Shown here: positions 47,877 through 56,985 of the stretch, one piece after another
How the letters are laid out: the number at the start of each line of letters is the position of its first letter
Numbering within the stretch: position 1 is the first letter of the stretch
From: Oligoflexia bacterium
GTDB lineage: Bacteria; Bdellovibrionota; UBA1018; CAIPTA01
DNA: 57,798 nt
Assembly (NCBI GenBank): GCA_903867855.1
Contig: CAIPTA010000122.1
Coordinates: 1 to 57,798, forward strand
Reading direction: 5' to 3'
The notes under the pieces: generated by a model
Told to the model about the DNA's origin: nothing
What the model saw: the letters and a program-made list of their open reading frames with translations, nothing else
Database searches by the model: none
Made by a program: the position numbers and the translations under genes

Positions 47877-48878
47877 ATGCTTAAATTAACTATCCTTTTG
47901 ACGATCTATTTTTCTACTATCGCTGCGAGAGCGGACTATTCTTTGCTTTCCGAAATTCCGATTAGCACCGAAGGCGCCTGGGATTATCTCAGCACCGATA
48001 CAACTTCCCATAAGCTCTTCGTTTCTCACTCTAGCTCTGTGGTGGTGATCGACTTGAAGACGGATAAAATTTTGGGAGAGATTAAAGATACTCAAGGGGT
48101 ACATGGCGTTGCCGTAGCGCCAGAGTTAAATCGCGCGTTTACCTCTAATGGTAAAGAAAACAAAGTTAGCGTGGTAGATTTGAAAACTCTTGCGACTATT
48201 AAAAAAGTGGATGTGGGCCAGGGGCCTGATGCAATAGTCTATGACTCTGGAGAACAAGAAGTATATGCCTTCAACGGTAAATCACAGTCGGTGAGTGTGA
48301 TTAAGGCTAGCAGTGGAGCTGTGGTGGCCACGATTCCTCTGAACGGAAAGCCGGAATCTGCCGCGGTAGACGCGAAAGCCGGCAAAATTTATTTGAATAT
48401 TGAGGATAAAAATAGCATCACTGTGATCGATACGAAATCTCATCGTGTTACTGCGAACTGGGCAATGGCACCGGGCGAGGAATGTGCTGGAATGGCGATC
48501 GACCTCGCGCACCACCATTTGATTGTGGGTTGTCATAATAAATTGATGCTGCTCGTGGATTCTTCAAATGGAAAAGTGCTCGATCAAATCAATATTGGCG
48601 CCGGAGTGGATGCGAATGATTTTGATCCTAGTAAACAATTGGCCTTTAGTTCTACGGGCGAAGGATTAGTTACTATCGCGCGTGTTACGGATAAAGGAAA
48701 ATTTCAGTTGGTGCAAAACCTAAGCACTCGCCCGCGCTCTCGTACTATGGCACTAGATCCTATGTCTCACCGAATCTTTTTGCCCTCCGCAGATTTCGCG
48801 GCAAAAAAAGAGGGCGAGCGTTGGCCACAGATGATTCCTGGCACGCTGAAAATTTTGGTATACGGCGAGGCGAAGTAA
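47877..48878 (+). CDS. YncE-family beta-propeller protein
   Basis: WDYL, GVHGVAVA and YVTN-like repeats, with a signal peptide. Confidence 0.85.
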   Translation: MLKLTILLTIYFSTIAARADYSLLSEIPISTEGAWDYLSTDTTSHKLFVSHSSSVVVIDLKTDKILGEIKDTQGVHGVAVAPELNRAFTSNGKENKVSVVDLKTLATIKKVDVGQGPDAIVYDSGEQEVYAFNGKSQSVSVIKASSGAVVATIPLNGKPESAAVDAKAGKIYLNIEDKNSITVIDTKSHRVTANWAMAPGEECAGMAIDLAHHHLIVGCHNKLMLLVDSSNGKVLDQINIGAGVDANDFDPSKQLAFSSTGEGLVTIARVTDKGKFQLVQNLSTRPRSRTMALDPMSHRIFLPSADFAAKKEGERWPQMIPGTLKILVYGEAK

Positions 48879-48906
48879 TATCTAAAGAATCTTCAAATGC
48901 CAGGCA

Positions 48907-49644
48907 CTACTGATTAGGGTTGGCATTTGGCGCATCCAAACGATCAAAGAAGCTTGTTGCCATCCCGGCAGAGGCTAAGAGATTCTTCGATTTTTCGCAG
49001 GAATAATAAATAGCAAATCCTTCTGCGAAAGCTTCATTGGAATGTCCCAAACAATAGTCTCCACAGTACTTGCCTAAGATTTCTCTAAAGGAAGAGTCAC
49101 TCGATAGTACGGCATTCCACTGGCTCGTCGAGGACACGTTTCCCAGATTGGAATCCAAAGTGTGTGCCCTTTCATGCAGAACTAGGTTTACGGAACCATG
49201 CCCTTCGTATAAGCGATTTACCACCACTCGAGTTACATCAGCGCTTCCGGAGCCTGGCACATTAGCCCAGCTTCTGCCGTCGAATGTTTGGGAAAAGAAA
49301 TTTGGAAAGGAGGGGTCTTCACTTACTCCCCGTCCTTGAACTAGGTGGAATCCAATGTCGTTATTATTCAAAAAACTACGAAGTTGTTCCGGGAATTTCG
49401 CTAACTCGAATGCAAATTGAGTAAGGTACGAATCGGTGATATCGGTCACTTGCAGCACTTTATTTTGTTTTAAAAACTCGCTGCGAGTCTCACTACTAAA
49501 GCCTGCTGATTGCAAGTCATTCGGAGCTTGTGCGCAATAGCCTAAAAGAGAATGGGAAGATTCGGGAAGGGATGGCTGACCTAAGTCTTTTGCGCAACTT
49601 GAGAGAGCGATAGCCAATACAATTAGAGAGATAAAATTTCGCAT
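48907..49644 (-). CDS. Lipoprotein zinc metallopeptidase, anthrax lethal factor/PPEP (M34)-like
   Basis: Lipobox LSSC, HGSVNLVLHERAH (HExxH) and a downstream EAFAEGFAIYY. Confidence 0.78.
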   Translation of the reverse strand: MRNFISLIVLAIALSSCAKDLGQPSLPESSHSLLGYCAQAPNDLQSAGFSSETRSEFLKQNKVLQVTDITDSYLTQFAFELAKFPEQLRSFLNNNDIGFHLVQGRGVSEDPSFPNFFSQTFDGRSWANVPGSGSADVTRVVVNRLYEGHGSVNLVLHERAHTLDSNLGNVSSTSQWNAVLSSDSSFREILGKYCGDYCLGHSNEAFAEGFAIYYSCEKSKNLLASAGMATSFFDRLDAPNANPNQ

Positions 49645-49667
49645 TATTGCGCCGAACATAGCACTGA

Positions 49668-50096
49668 TTGTTGCGATGCGCTATTTATTTATGTTCAGAC
49701 GATGCTGGGAATTCCCAGATGTATTCAGAGTTCATTGGCCTCGTATCAGATGGGATCGAAAAAACTTTTGCAACTTCCTTGAATGCCACTTCAAGCACTG
49801 CGGTGAGATCATCCACCGCGTTCCTATTAAGTGGAGGAGATATTACGGCGCTACTTGGTAAGTTCGCCACTGATGTCACGAGCGAGGCCTTTGGCGGAAT
49901 TATAGCGATAGTTATTTTGTCTTTCGAGCCTACTCCACTTAGCCAGCCGGAGGCACTACGAGAACAAGTTGGGAAGTGGCTCTCGCGACATGCCAGCGAT
50001 CGGAACGATATCGACGCAGAGCTTAATGCTCGAACTCAGTTCATAAATTATGTAAATCTTCCGGATCAATCCTTCATATCTACACAGCTATATTGA
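49668..50096 (+). CDS. Hypothetical ORF, possibly a gene remnant
   Basis: Fills an otherwise empty 470-nt gap and has protein-like composition. There is no good RBS and it begins right after an in-frame stop. Confidence 0.35.
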   Translation: MLRCAIYLCSDDAGNSQMYSEFIGLVSDGIEKTFATSLNATSSTAVRSSTAFLLSGGDITALLGKFATDVTSEAFGGIIAIVILSFEPTPLSQPEALREQVGKWLSRHASDRNDIDAELNARTQFINYVNLPDQSFISTQLY

Positions 50097-50115
50097 TCAC
50101 ACAAGAATTCCAATC

Positions 50116-50871
50116 CTAGTAACAATTCCCCATGGCGCCTTCGCCGGGCACTGCGTGCCAGCCCTTGCCGAGATTTACGCAATCTTGAATTGAATGATAT
50201 TTCTTTATTTTGACTGTAGTGTCGCTGCCATCAGGAATCTGGTTGGATTTCAGGGATTCCTCAAACGCTTTCGCATCCGTCTTCGGCGCTTCGATCGGCT
50301 TCCTTTGGTCAGGACCAATCTCCGCAAACATATTTTCAGTCACCTCTACGAAGGAACCCGGCTCAAACATGGGCGAGCGACCGAGGAGCACATCTCCTTT
50401 GTGCGTATCCACCCGCATCACCTGACTTTCATTGAAGCTTACTAGAAATTCAGTGCCACGTACGCCCGCCACTCCGGTAGCTGTTTGCACCTTAAAGCGG
50501 ATCATGCTTTTCACGGGATTGGTTTCCACTTTGCAGTGAATCGCCCCAGTCAAAAGTTGGAATGTCCAGGCGCCATTATTAGGCTTGTGGGCAGCGATCT
50601 TGAGGCGAGAATTAGGGGCGAGTGTATATTCTGAATTATTCCAATCTCGCAGCAGTGCTACAACTTTGCTAGGAGTACGAATCTCATCTCCCACATTCAT
50701 TTCTTCGCCCGCAGTGGCCATCACCGGCTCCTTCGCCCGAGCCTGCAATACTGGCAAGGTTTCGGCGCCAATCAAATTGTAGATCAAAATTTTATCGCTG
50801 CTGGAGGCGCGTTCTCCAGCGCAGGCCAAGGCAGAATAAAAAAGTAGTAAGGCGTATGTAAGAATTTTCAT
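50116..50871 (-). CDS. Secreted FecR-domain protein
   Basis: GDEIRT, LAPNSRL and VQTATGVAGVRGTEF. Confidence 0.85.
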   Translation of the reverse strand: MKILTYALLLFYSALACAGERASSSDKILIYNLIGAETLPVLQARAKEPVMATAGEEMNVGDEIRTPSKVVALLRDWNNSEYTLAPNSRLKIAAHKPNNGAWTFQLLTGAIHCKVETNPVKSMIRFKVQTATGVAGVRGTEFLVSFNESQVMRVDTHKGDVLLGRSPMFEPGSFVEVTENMFAEIGPDQRKPIEAPKTDAKAFEESLKSNQIPDGSDTTVKIKKYHSIQDCVNLGKGWHAVPGEGAMGNCY

Positions 50872-50885
50872 TTTTTAAGGCGAGT

Positions 50886-52109
50886 TTAAATGTGTAGGCC
50901 TTCAGGGATGAGCTTCCCCGTATTGAATCTTGATCCTTGCATGCTACTCAAATCCAGCGTTTGGAATTTGCCGAATTGAATGAGTTCGGCGAGGCCGCGT
51001 CCGGCGGCATAGCTTTGCATGGCGCCTCTGCCCGAATAACCATGGTTTTCGAAAACATTTGGCATACCTTCCACGTTGCCGAGGATGGCGGTTTTATCGG
51101 GAGTCATCTCGTAGAGACCACCCCAGCCCGTGAGGTGTTTGAGCTGTTCAAATTTCGTGGAGCGCTCAAAGAGGGGCATCCAGATTTTTTCTTCAAAAAA
51201 ACTTTGGCCGTCGTAGTTGAGGTTGTGTCCGCGCGGTTCGCTATGATCTGCATAACCGCCAAGAATATTTGTGGCCTCAGGGTGAAAGTAGACACCTGAA
51301 GAATCCACCATCATGCCATATTCCGACATATCAAAATCACGTACATCAAAAATGGAAACCTGGCGTCGCACCGCCCATACCGGGCTTTCATAGCCAATCA
51401 TCTTCGCAAGATGGCCAGCCCATGGGCCAGCGCAGTTCACGATGGTTTTTCCTTTCAGCAGCACAGTTTCTTTACTTTGCACCGCAAGGGTGGGATCGCT
51501 TTCGAAAAAATCTTTTAGTTCGCTTTCATTTTTCGGCGGCAAGAGTTCGCATGTCACTTCCACGCTCGCATTGCTGCGATTCACGTGGCGCACGCGATGG
51601 CCCTCTAGAAATGTAACACCCTTTGCTTGCGCTTCGGCTCGCAGCAGATTCTTTAAAAGATTCGGATTGAAGAGGCCATCTAGCGGAGAAAAGGTGGCGC
51701 CTTGCAAATCATCGGTTTTATCGATGAAGGGGCATTTGTTTTTTAGCGCCGCTACATCAAGCACATCGAGTTCGATGCCGTGTTCTTTTTTTAGAAACTT
51801 CACGCGATCGAGAGCGCTGGGCCATTGCCCTTGATTAAACATCCAGAGATAGCCGCATTCCCGAAATCCCACTTGCTCTTGGTGTGCTTTCAAATACTTG
51901 ATGGACTCTCGAGAGAGTTGCACATTGATGGATTGATCCCAAGTGGCGCGCGCGCCGCCCGCATTGAGCTCAGAAGAGGAGAGGCGACCCGCCATATCTG
52001 CTTCCACCACGGCGATATTTTTTGCGCCAAGGGAAGCCAAGTGCATAGCGGTGCTGGAGCCGATGAGGCCCGCGCCGATAACTAAAACATCATATTCTTT
52101 TTGTGCCAT
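50886..52109 (-). CDS. FAD-dependent oxidoreductase (DAO/sarcosine oxidase beta family)
   Basis: IGAGLIG, SSELNAGG, VNCAGPWA, WGGLYEMTPD and GYSGRG. Confidence 0.88.
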   Translation of the reverse strand: MAQKEYDVLVIGAGLIGSSTAMHLASLGAKNIAVVEADMAGRLSSSELNAGGARATWDQSINVQLSRESIKYLKAHQEQVGFRECGYLWMFNQGQWPSALDRVKFLKKEHGIELDVLDVAALKNKCPFIDKTDDLQGATFSPLDGLFNPNLLKNLLRAEAQAKGVTFLEGHRVRHVNRSNASVEVTCELLPPKNESELKDFFESDPTLAVQSKETVLLKGKTIVNCAGPWAGHLAKMIGYESPVWAVRRQVSIFDVRDFDMSEYGMMVDSSGVYFHPEATNILGGYADHSEPRGHNLNYDGQSFFEEKIWMPLFERSTKFEQLKHLTGWGGLYEMTPDKTAILGNVEGMPNVFENHGYSGRGAMQSYAAGRGLAELIQFGKFQTLDLSSMQGSRFNTGKLIPEGLHI

Positions 52110-52115
52110 AGGCAA

Positions 52116-53018
52116 CTACTGCTTGATGGATTCTTCTTTGAGGATACGGTATTCGCCGTTTCGTTCTTGGATATAAAGACTCTTCTCACTATTTCCCGAG
52201 AACGCTTGGTGGCCGCCTTTGAAGGTGGATTTATAGTGCTGGGTAAAAGTGATGAGATCGTATTTCTCATGCAAGTACACATGCACGTTAGAAGCGGTAA
52301 CGTTGATGGTATCGTATTTCTTATTGAGGCTATCTTTGAACTTCGCGTACTGCAGGCGATTCATGTGTTCGCTCATGAATTCATCGGAGTAGGATTCGAT
52401 ATAGGTAGTTAAGTCTTTATCGCTCCACGCTTTAATCCAGCGCTCAAAGAAGGCCTTTGCTTTATCCACACGCGGACTATCCTTTAGCACGGAAAAATCT
52501 TTCGTGATGATGATTTTCGTATCATGCATCTTTAGGAAAGAGATCACTTCTTTCACATTCGCATTATCGAGCACCACGCAACCGAGAGAATCAAAATTTT
52601 TCTCTAAGCGAGAAGGATTATCCGTGCCGTGAAGCATGATATCGTTGCCTGTTTTGCTGCCGTTTTTATCCATCACGTTGGGATAGCCAATGTAGGCGGC
52701 TAGTGGGCCAAAGATTGCGCGCAATTGCGGAGCTTGTTTTAGGTAAAGAAAATCGTAGATCCCCTCAGGAGTCTTGAGATCACCTTCCATGAGTTTATCG
52801 CCCACTTTTTTTCCGAGGGTGGCATGGTAGGTTTTACGAATATCGAGATGACCCTCGTTGTAATCCGCGAGGTAAAGCTGGTTCGCTTTTTTGTCCACCA
52901 CGATTACAGGATCTTTCGGTGGCGTAAAGGATGCTGTGTCTGCAGCATGCGCAGAAAGGATCGTGAGCCCAGCGAGGGTGGTGAGGGAAATTGCTAAGAC
53001 TTTGAAATTTTTCAGCAT
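52116..53018 (-). CDS. L,D-transpeptidase/carboxypeptidase (YkuD) plus NTF2-like domain, Csd6/Pgp2/Bd1075-like
   Basis: GDKLMEGDLKTPEGIY, IMLHG...SLGCVV, and a C-terminal WIKAWSDKD...FTQHYKS...KSLY NTF2-like domain. Confidence 0.88.
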   Translation of the reverse strand: MLKNFKVLAISLTTLAGLTILSAHAADTASFTPPKDPVIVVDKKANQLYLADYNEGHLDIRKTYHATLGKKVGDKLMEGDLKTPEGIYDFLYLKQAPQLRAIFGPLAAYIGYPNVMDKNGSKTGNDIMLHGTDNPSRLEKNFDSLGCVVLDNANVKEVISFLKMHDTKIIITKDFSVLKDSPRVDKAKAFFERWIKAWSDKDLTTYIESYSDEFMSEHMNRLQYAKFKDSLNKKYDTINVTASNVHVYLHEKYDLITFTQHYKSTFKGGHQAFSGNSEKSLYIQERNGEYRILKEESIKQ

Positions 53019-53081
53019 CTTGTTGAGAGTAAGAAATGGAATATCTTTTGTCAATTGCTTGGGGTAGCTTTCTCCAAATCT

Positions 53082-54257
53082 ATGCAGGGGTTTTGGAAAA
53101 AATGCAGTGACTTTGGTGCAGGCCGCTGGGCGGCGATCTTAGCTATTTTGCTCACTCTCGGGGCGGTTCCCAAGGCGAGAATACTCGACAGTCCTGATTT
53201 TAAGGTATTCTATGCGGCAGCTCGTCACGCCGTGGTTGATCCGGAAAATTTGTATAAGATTAGCCCAGATCGTTATCTCTATCCTCCGAGCACTTCGATT
53301 TTACTGCTGCCTTTCGCCTTTAGCGACGCTTGGCACTTTCATCAATTTGTCTGGATGGCCTTTCTCGGTTTTCTGATTTTCCTCTTGGCCCGACGCTCTT
53401 TTGCCGCCTTTTTCGCCATGGCTTTGCTCACCCGCTATCTCATCGTTACGCTCAACTACGGACAAATTAATCTCTTGGTAATCAGCTTCCTTTGGCTCAC
53501 CCAAGCGCAATATGATCGAAGGCGAGAGGGCTGGGCTGGCGCCTTATGGTCGATCGCTACAAGTATTAAAGTATATCCCGCCGTGCTTGGCGCAGAATTT
53601 TTGCTCAAGAAAAGCTGGAGGGGTTTTGCTGGATTCTTTCTAACGCTTCTTCCCATTTTACTCCTGCCCGTGCTGTTTTGGGGCCCATCGCTTGCCATGC
53701 AGCTCTACGGAGAGTTTTTTCACGCGCTGCAAGCTAAGGGCTTGCCCATGCACTCTCACAACCAAAGTTTCGCTGCGCTCTTTTTGCGACTTTTCACCCG
53801 AGTAGAATTTGATCTTCACGGGATTGGGCATGAAATGTGGGGATTTTTCCCCTTGGGGGCTGAGTTTGCGCACCTGCTCGCTTGGGTAATCGGGTTAAGT
53901 CTCACGGGAATTTCTTGGCTCGTATGCGCTCGCAGAAAAGATGGTTTTTTGAGTGCTGCCGCCTTCTCGATCTTATTTCTCTCCCATATTGTGTGGAAGG
54001 ATTATGTGCTCTTCCTCTATTTTCCGCTCTTCGAGCTTTTTTCTAGCGAACTCCTTTCGAAGCGACAAAAAGTGAGTGGTGGAATTCTTTTTGCGCTGAT
54101 AGTCACACTGAGCTCCCATGATGTGGCAGGAGCCAAAGCGGGTGCGCTTTTCGACGCAGCTAGTATTCATTTGTGGCTCGCTGTATTAGTATGGGGAGCG
54201 TGGATACTTTACCGCTCAGCGTTCTCCTCATCGCCCGCAATGAAGAAGCTCTCATAG
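53082..54257 (+). CDS. GT87/DUF2029 membrane glycosyltransferase
   Basis: DFKVFY, YLYPP, GQIN, SIKVYP and NQS motifs. Confidence 0.85.
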   Translation: MQGFWKKCSDFGAGRWAAILAILLTLGAVPKARILDSPDFKVFYAAARHAVVDPENLYKISPDRYLYPPSTSILLLPFAFSDAWHFHQFVWMAFLGFLIFLLARRSFAAFFAMALLTRYLIVTLNYGQINLLVISFLWLTQAQYDRRREGWAGALWSIATSIKVYPAVLGAEFLLKKSWRGFAGFFLTLLPILLLPVLFWGPSLAMQLYGEFFHALQAKGLPMHSHNQSFAALFLRLFTRVEFDLHGIGHEMWGFFPLGAEFAHLLAWVIGLSLTGISWLVCARRKDGFLSAAAFSILFLSHIVWKDYVLFLYFPLFELFSSELLSKRQKVSGGILFALIVTLSSHDVAGAKAGALFDAASIHLWLAVLVWGAWILYRSAFSSSPAMKKLS

Positions 54258-55057
54258 GCAGAGCCATTCGTAGTTGCCCCTTTGCCCGTGAAGTGGTGGT
54301 GATCGATGCTTGTTCCACTGATGCTACTCGCACGGTGGCGGAGGCGGCTGGCGCCCGCGTGATCGAACGCAAGTGGACCAACTTCAGCGAACAACGAAAT
54401 TTCTCTCTTAGCCAAGCCAAAGAAGATTGGGTGCTCGTGCTGGATGCCGATGAGGCGGCCACTCCCGCTTTGGCGCAATGGCTCCGTGATTTCTTTTCAG
54501 CGCAGAAACAAAACGCAGCTCCCTACGGCTATAAGATCAAGCGCATAGAGTACTTTTTAGGCAAACGCATCTATGGCTCTTGCTGGAACCCAAGCTTTCA
54601 AGATCGTTTCTTCCGCCGCGATAAAGCAAAGTATATTGGCGAGATTCACGAATATCCGGAAGTGGAGGGCGGGCTCGTCTGTGCACCCGAAACGGCGGCC
54701 ATAGAGCATAATCCGAATGTTACGGTGGAAAGTTTTTTAGAAAAAATGAATCGCTACACTACGCTCGAAGCCTTTGATCGCTATCAGGCTGGCCAACGCA
54801 CTTCTCTTCCTCACCTCGGAGTGGCCTTCTTTGCCAACTGGTGGAAAAACTTTTTCTACTATAAAGGCTATCGTGATGGAGCACATGGTTTTGTGATCTG
54901 CTTGATGGAGGCCACCTCGCGCACGGTTCGGCACTTGAAGCTCTGGCAAATTCAGCGCATGACGGAGGCCGGACGCGCTGATCTCCTTCCAGATCCTCGC
55001 CGCGCCATCGAACTCGGCGCTCAGCAGAATCGTAAACTTGAGGCCACTCGCCAATGA
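54191..55057 (+). CDS. GT2 glycosyltransferase, KdtX/WaaE-like (LPS core)
   Basis: LIARNEE, STDAT, QRNF, LDADE, IHE and KMNRYT. The start codon is uncertain. Confidence 0.88.
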   Translation: MGSVDTLPLSVLLIARNEEALIGRAIRSCPFAREVVVIDACSTDATRTVAEAAGARVIERKWTNFSEQRNFSLSQAKEDWVLVLDADEAATPALAQWLRDFFSAQKQNAAPYGYKIKRIEYFLGKRIYGSCWNPSFQDRFFRRDKAKYIGEIHEYPEVEGGLVCAPETAAIEHNPNVTVESFLEKMNRYTTLEAFDRYQAGQRTSLPHLGVAFFANWWKNFFYYKGYRDGAHGFVICLMEATSRTVRHLKLWQIQRMTEAGRADLLPDPRRAIELGAQQNRKLEATRQ

Positions 55058-56094
55058 AAGTGCTACTCGCGAAGCGCCGCGCCCTCGGCGATACGGTGCT
55101 ACTCACGTCTACGATTCAATTATTCCAAGAACAATTTCCTCAAGCTGAAATTCACGTATTGGTGCCAAGTGCATTTACTGCTGTGGTGGAAAAAAATCCT
55201 ACAGTGAAAAATACTCTTTCCTATGAGAGCCAAGGATTTTTTTCGTTAGTGCAAAAAATACGCGCCGAGAAATATGATTACTTTTTTCAGCTCCATGCTT
55301 CGCCAGGAGAGCGCGCCCTGCGCTGGCTCTCGGGAGCGAAAAAAGCCTTGGCCCATCGGCAAAATGCAGAAACGGAAGTGGCCTATGGGAAACATCCCGA
55401 TGCTCTCGAGTGGGATCGATTTTTTCTCGAAAAAGTTTTTGCCAAAAAAATTCCTGCTTCGCCTATGCCCAAGCTGTTTCTTTCAAAAGAGGAAAATGCT
55501 TGGGGCGAGAATTTTTGGCGGGCCCAAGGGGCCGATCCTAAGAAGATTATTTTCCTGGGGCTCGGGGCGAGTAGAGCCACGAAGCGTTGGCCTGCGGAGC
55601 ATTTTGCCCGCTTTGCAGAATTAATCTCAGAACGCTTTGATTTTATTCCTGCGATTGTGCATGGGGCGGGCGAAGAAGAGGAACAATTTGCAGGCTTAGT
55701 TGCGGATCATTTGCGCGCCAGGGGCTTTCGCAGTTCTGGACCCGTAGATATGGCGCAGCGGTTTGTTTTCGTCACCGGCTTAAGCGTGCGTGAATTGGCT
55801 TTGGTGATTTCAGCTGCCCGCGCCTATGTAGGCAATGATTCTGGGCCGAAACATTTGGCGGTGGCCCTCAATGTGCCGAGCTTTACGTTTTTTGGCCCGG
55901 AAGATCCTATAGAGTGGCATCCTTATTCCCGAGAGCAGCACCCGATTTTTTTCCTGCAAAATTTGCTTTGTCGTAAAGAGGATAATGGGCGCTGGTGTGG
56001 CATTCCGGTTTGTGAAACCGAACAGCACCGCTGTATGCAAAACCTGGATCCAATCGATGCACTCGCTGTGTTTAAGCAAAGGATGGGAGTTTAG
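55054..56094 (+). CDS. GT9 LPS heptosyltransferase-family protein
   Basis: ALGDTVL, KRWP and GNDSGPKHLAVA...FGP. Confidence 0.92.
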   Translation: MKVLLAKRRALGDTVLLTSTIQLFQEQFPQAEIHVLVPSAFTAVVEKNPTVKNTLSYESQGFFSLVQKIRAEKYDYFFQLHASPGERALRWLSGAKKALAHRQNAETEVAYGKHPDALEWDRFFLEKVFAKKIPASPMPKLFLSKEENAWGENFWRAQGADPKKIIFLGLGASRATKRWPAEHFARFAELISERFDFIPAIVHGAGEEEEQFAGLVADHLRARGFRSSGPVDMAQRFVFVTGLSVRELALVISAARAYVGNDSGPKHLAVALNVPSFTFFGPEDPIEWHPYSREQHPIFFLQNLLCRKEDNGRWCGIPVCETEQHRCMQNLDPIDALAVFKQRMGV

Positions 56095-56985
56095 ATGGCT
56101 GCGATTTTTATCAGCGGATTTACTTTCATTCGCAACGGCGTGCAGTTCGATTATCCTTTTGAAGAGAGTATTCGCTCTATGCTGCCCTTGGTGGATGAGC
56201 TCATCATAAATGTTGGCGTTGGATCTGATGCTACGCTAGTGCGCATCCATGCTCTCGCGAAGCAGGATAAGAAAATCCAAATTTTCGAAAGCACTTGGGA
56301 TGATAGCTTGCGTGAAGGCGGGCGCATCCTCGCAGAGCAAACAAATCTCGCGATCCAGCGCTGCAAGGGCAAGTGGGGGCTTTATTTGCAGGCGGATGAA
56401 GTATTGCACGAGGAAGACTATGATCTAATTCGCGCGGCGATCAAAAAAGCGGATAAGGATTCCCGCATAGATGGAATTCTTTTCGATTACGTGCACTTCT
56501 ACGGCGATTTTTTTGTGGTAAATTGTAATCCATCAGCCTATCGCCACGAGGTGCGGGCGATTCGCCTGGGCTATCAGATTTTTTCTTGGAAAGATGCGCA
56601 AGGTTTTCGCAAAAAAGTGGGAGAGAATCGCTTCGAAAAGCTTCAGGTGCTGCGCAGCAAAGCGCGAATTTTTCATTATGGCTGGGTGCGTCCACCCGAA
56701 GTAATGAAAGAGAAGACGGTTGCGATGGATAAGCTGTACCATTCCGAAGGAGAAGGCACGGGGAATAACTATCGCTACAAGCGGATTTACGGCCTAGAGA
56801 GATTTAAAGGCACCCATCCCGCTTTGATGGAACAGAGAGTGAAAGAAAAGAAGTGGCAGATTGATCTAATGGCGGCACCTTTGGTATTCACAGTTAAAGA
56901 TATTCGGAAGGTTTTGGCGCGTCTCGTGGAAAAAGTAACAGGGCGACTCCCCTTCGAATACAAGAACTATAGGAAAATCGGTTGA
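56095..56985 (+). CDS. GT2-like glycosyltransferase
   Basis: ISGFTFIRNG, DYPFEESI, YLQADE and FHYGWVR. Confidence 0.85.
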   Translation: MAAIFISGFTFIRNGVQFDYPFEESIRSMLPLVDELIINVGVGSDATLVRIHALAKQDKKIQIFESTWDDSLREGGRILAEQTNLAIQRCKGKWGLYLQADEVLHEEDYDLIRAAIKKADKDSRIDGILFDYVHFYGDFFVVNCNPSAYRHEVRAIRLGYQIFSWKDAQGFRKKVGENRFEKLQVLRSKARIFHYGWVRPPEVMKEKTVAMDKLYHSEGEGTGNNYRYKRIYGLERFKGTHPALMEQRVKEKKWQIDLMAAPLVFTVKDIRKVLARLVEKVTGRLPFEYKNYRKIG

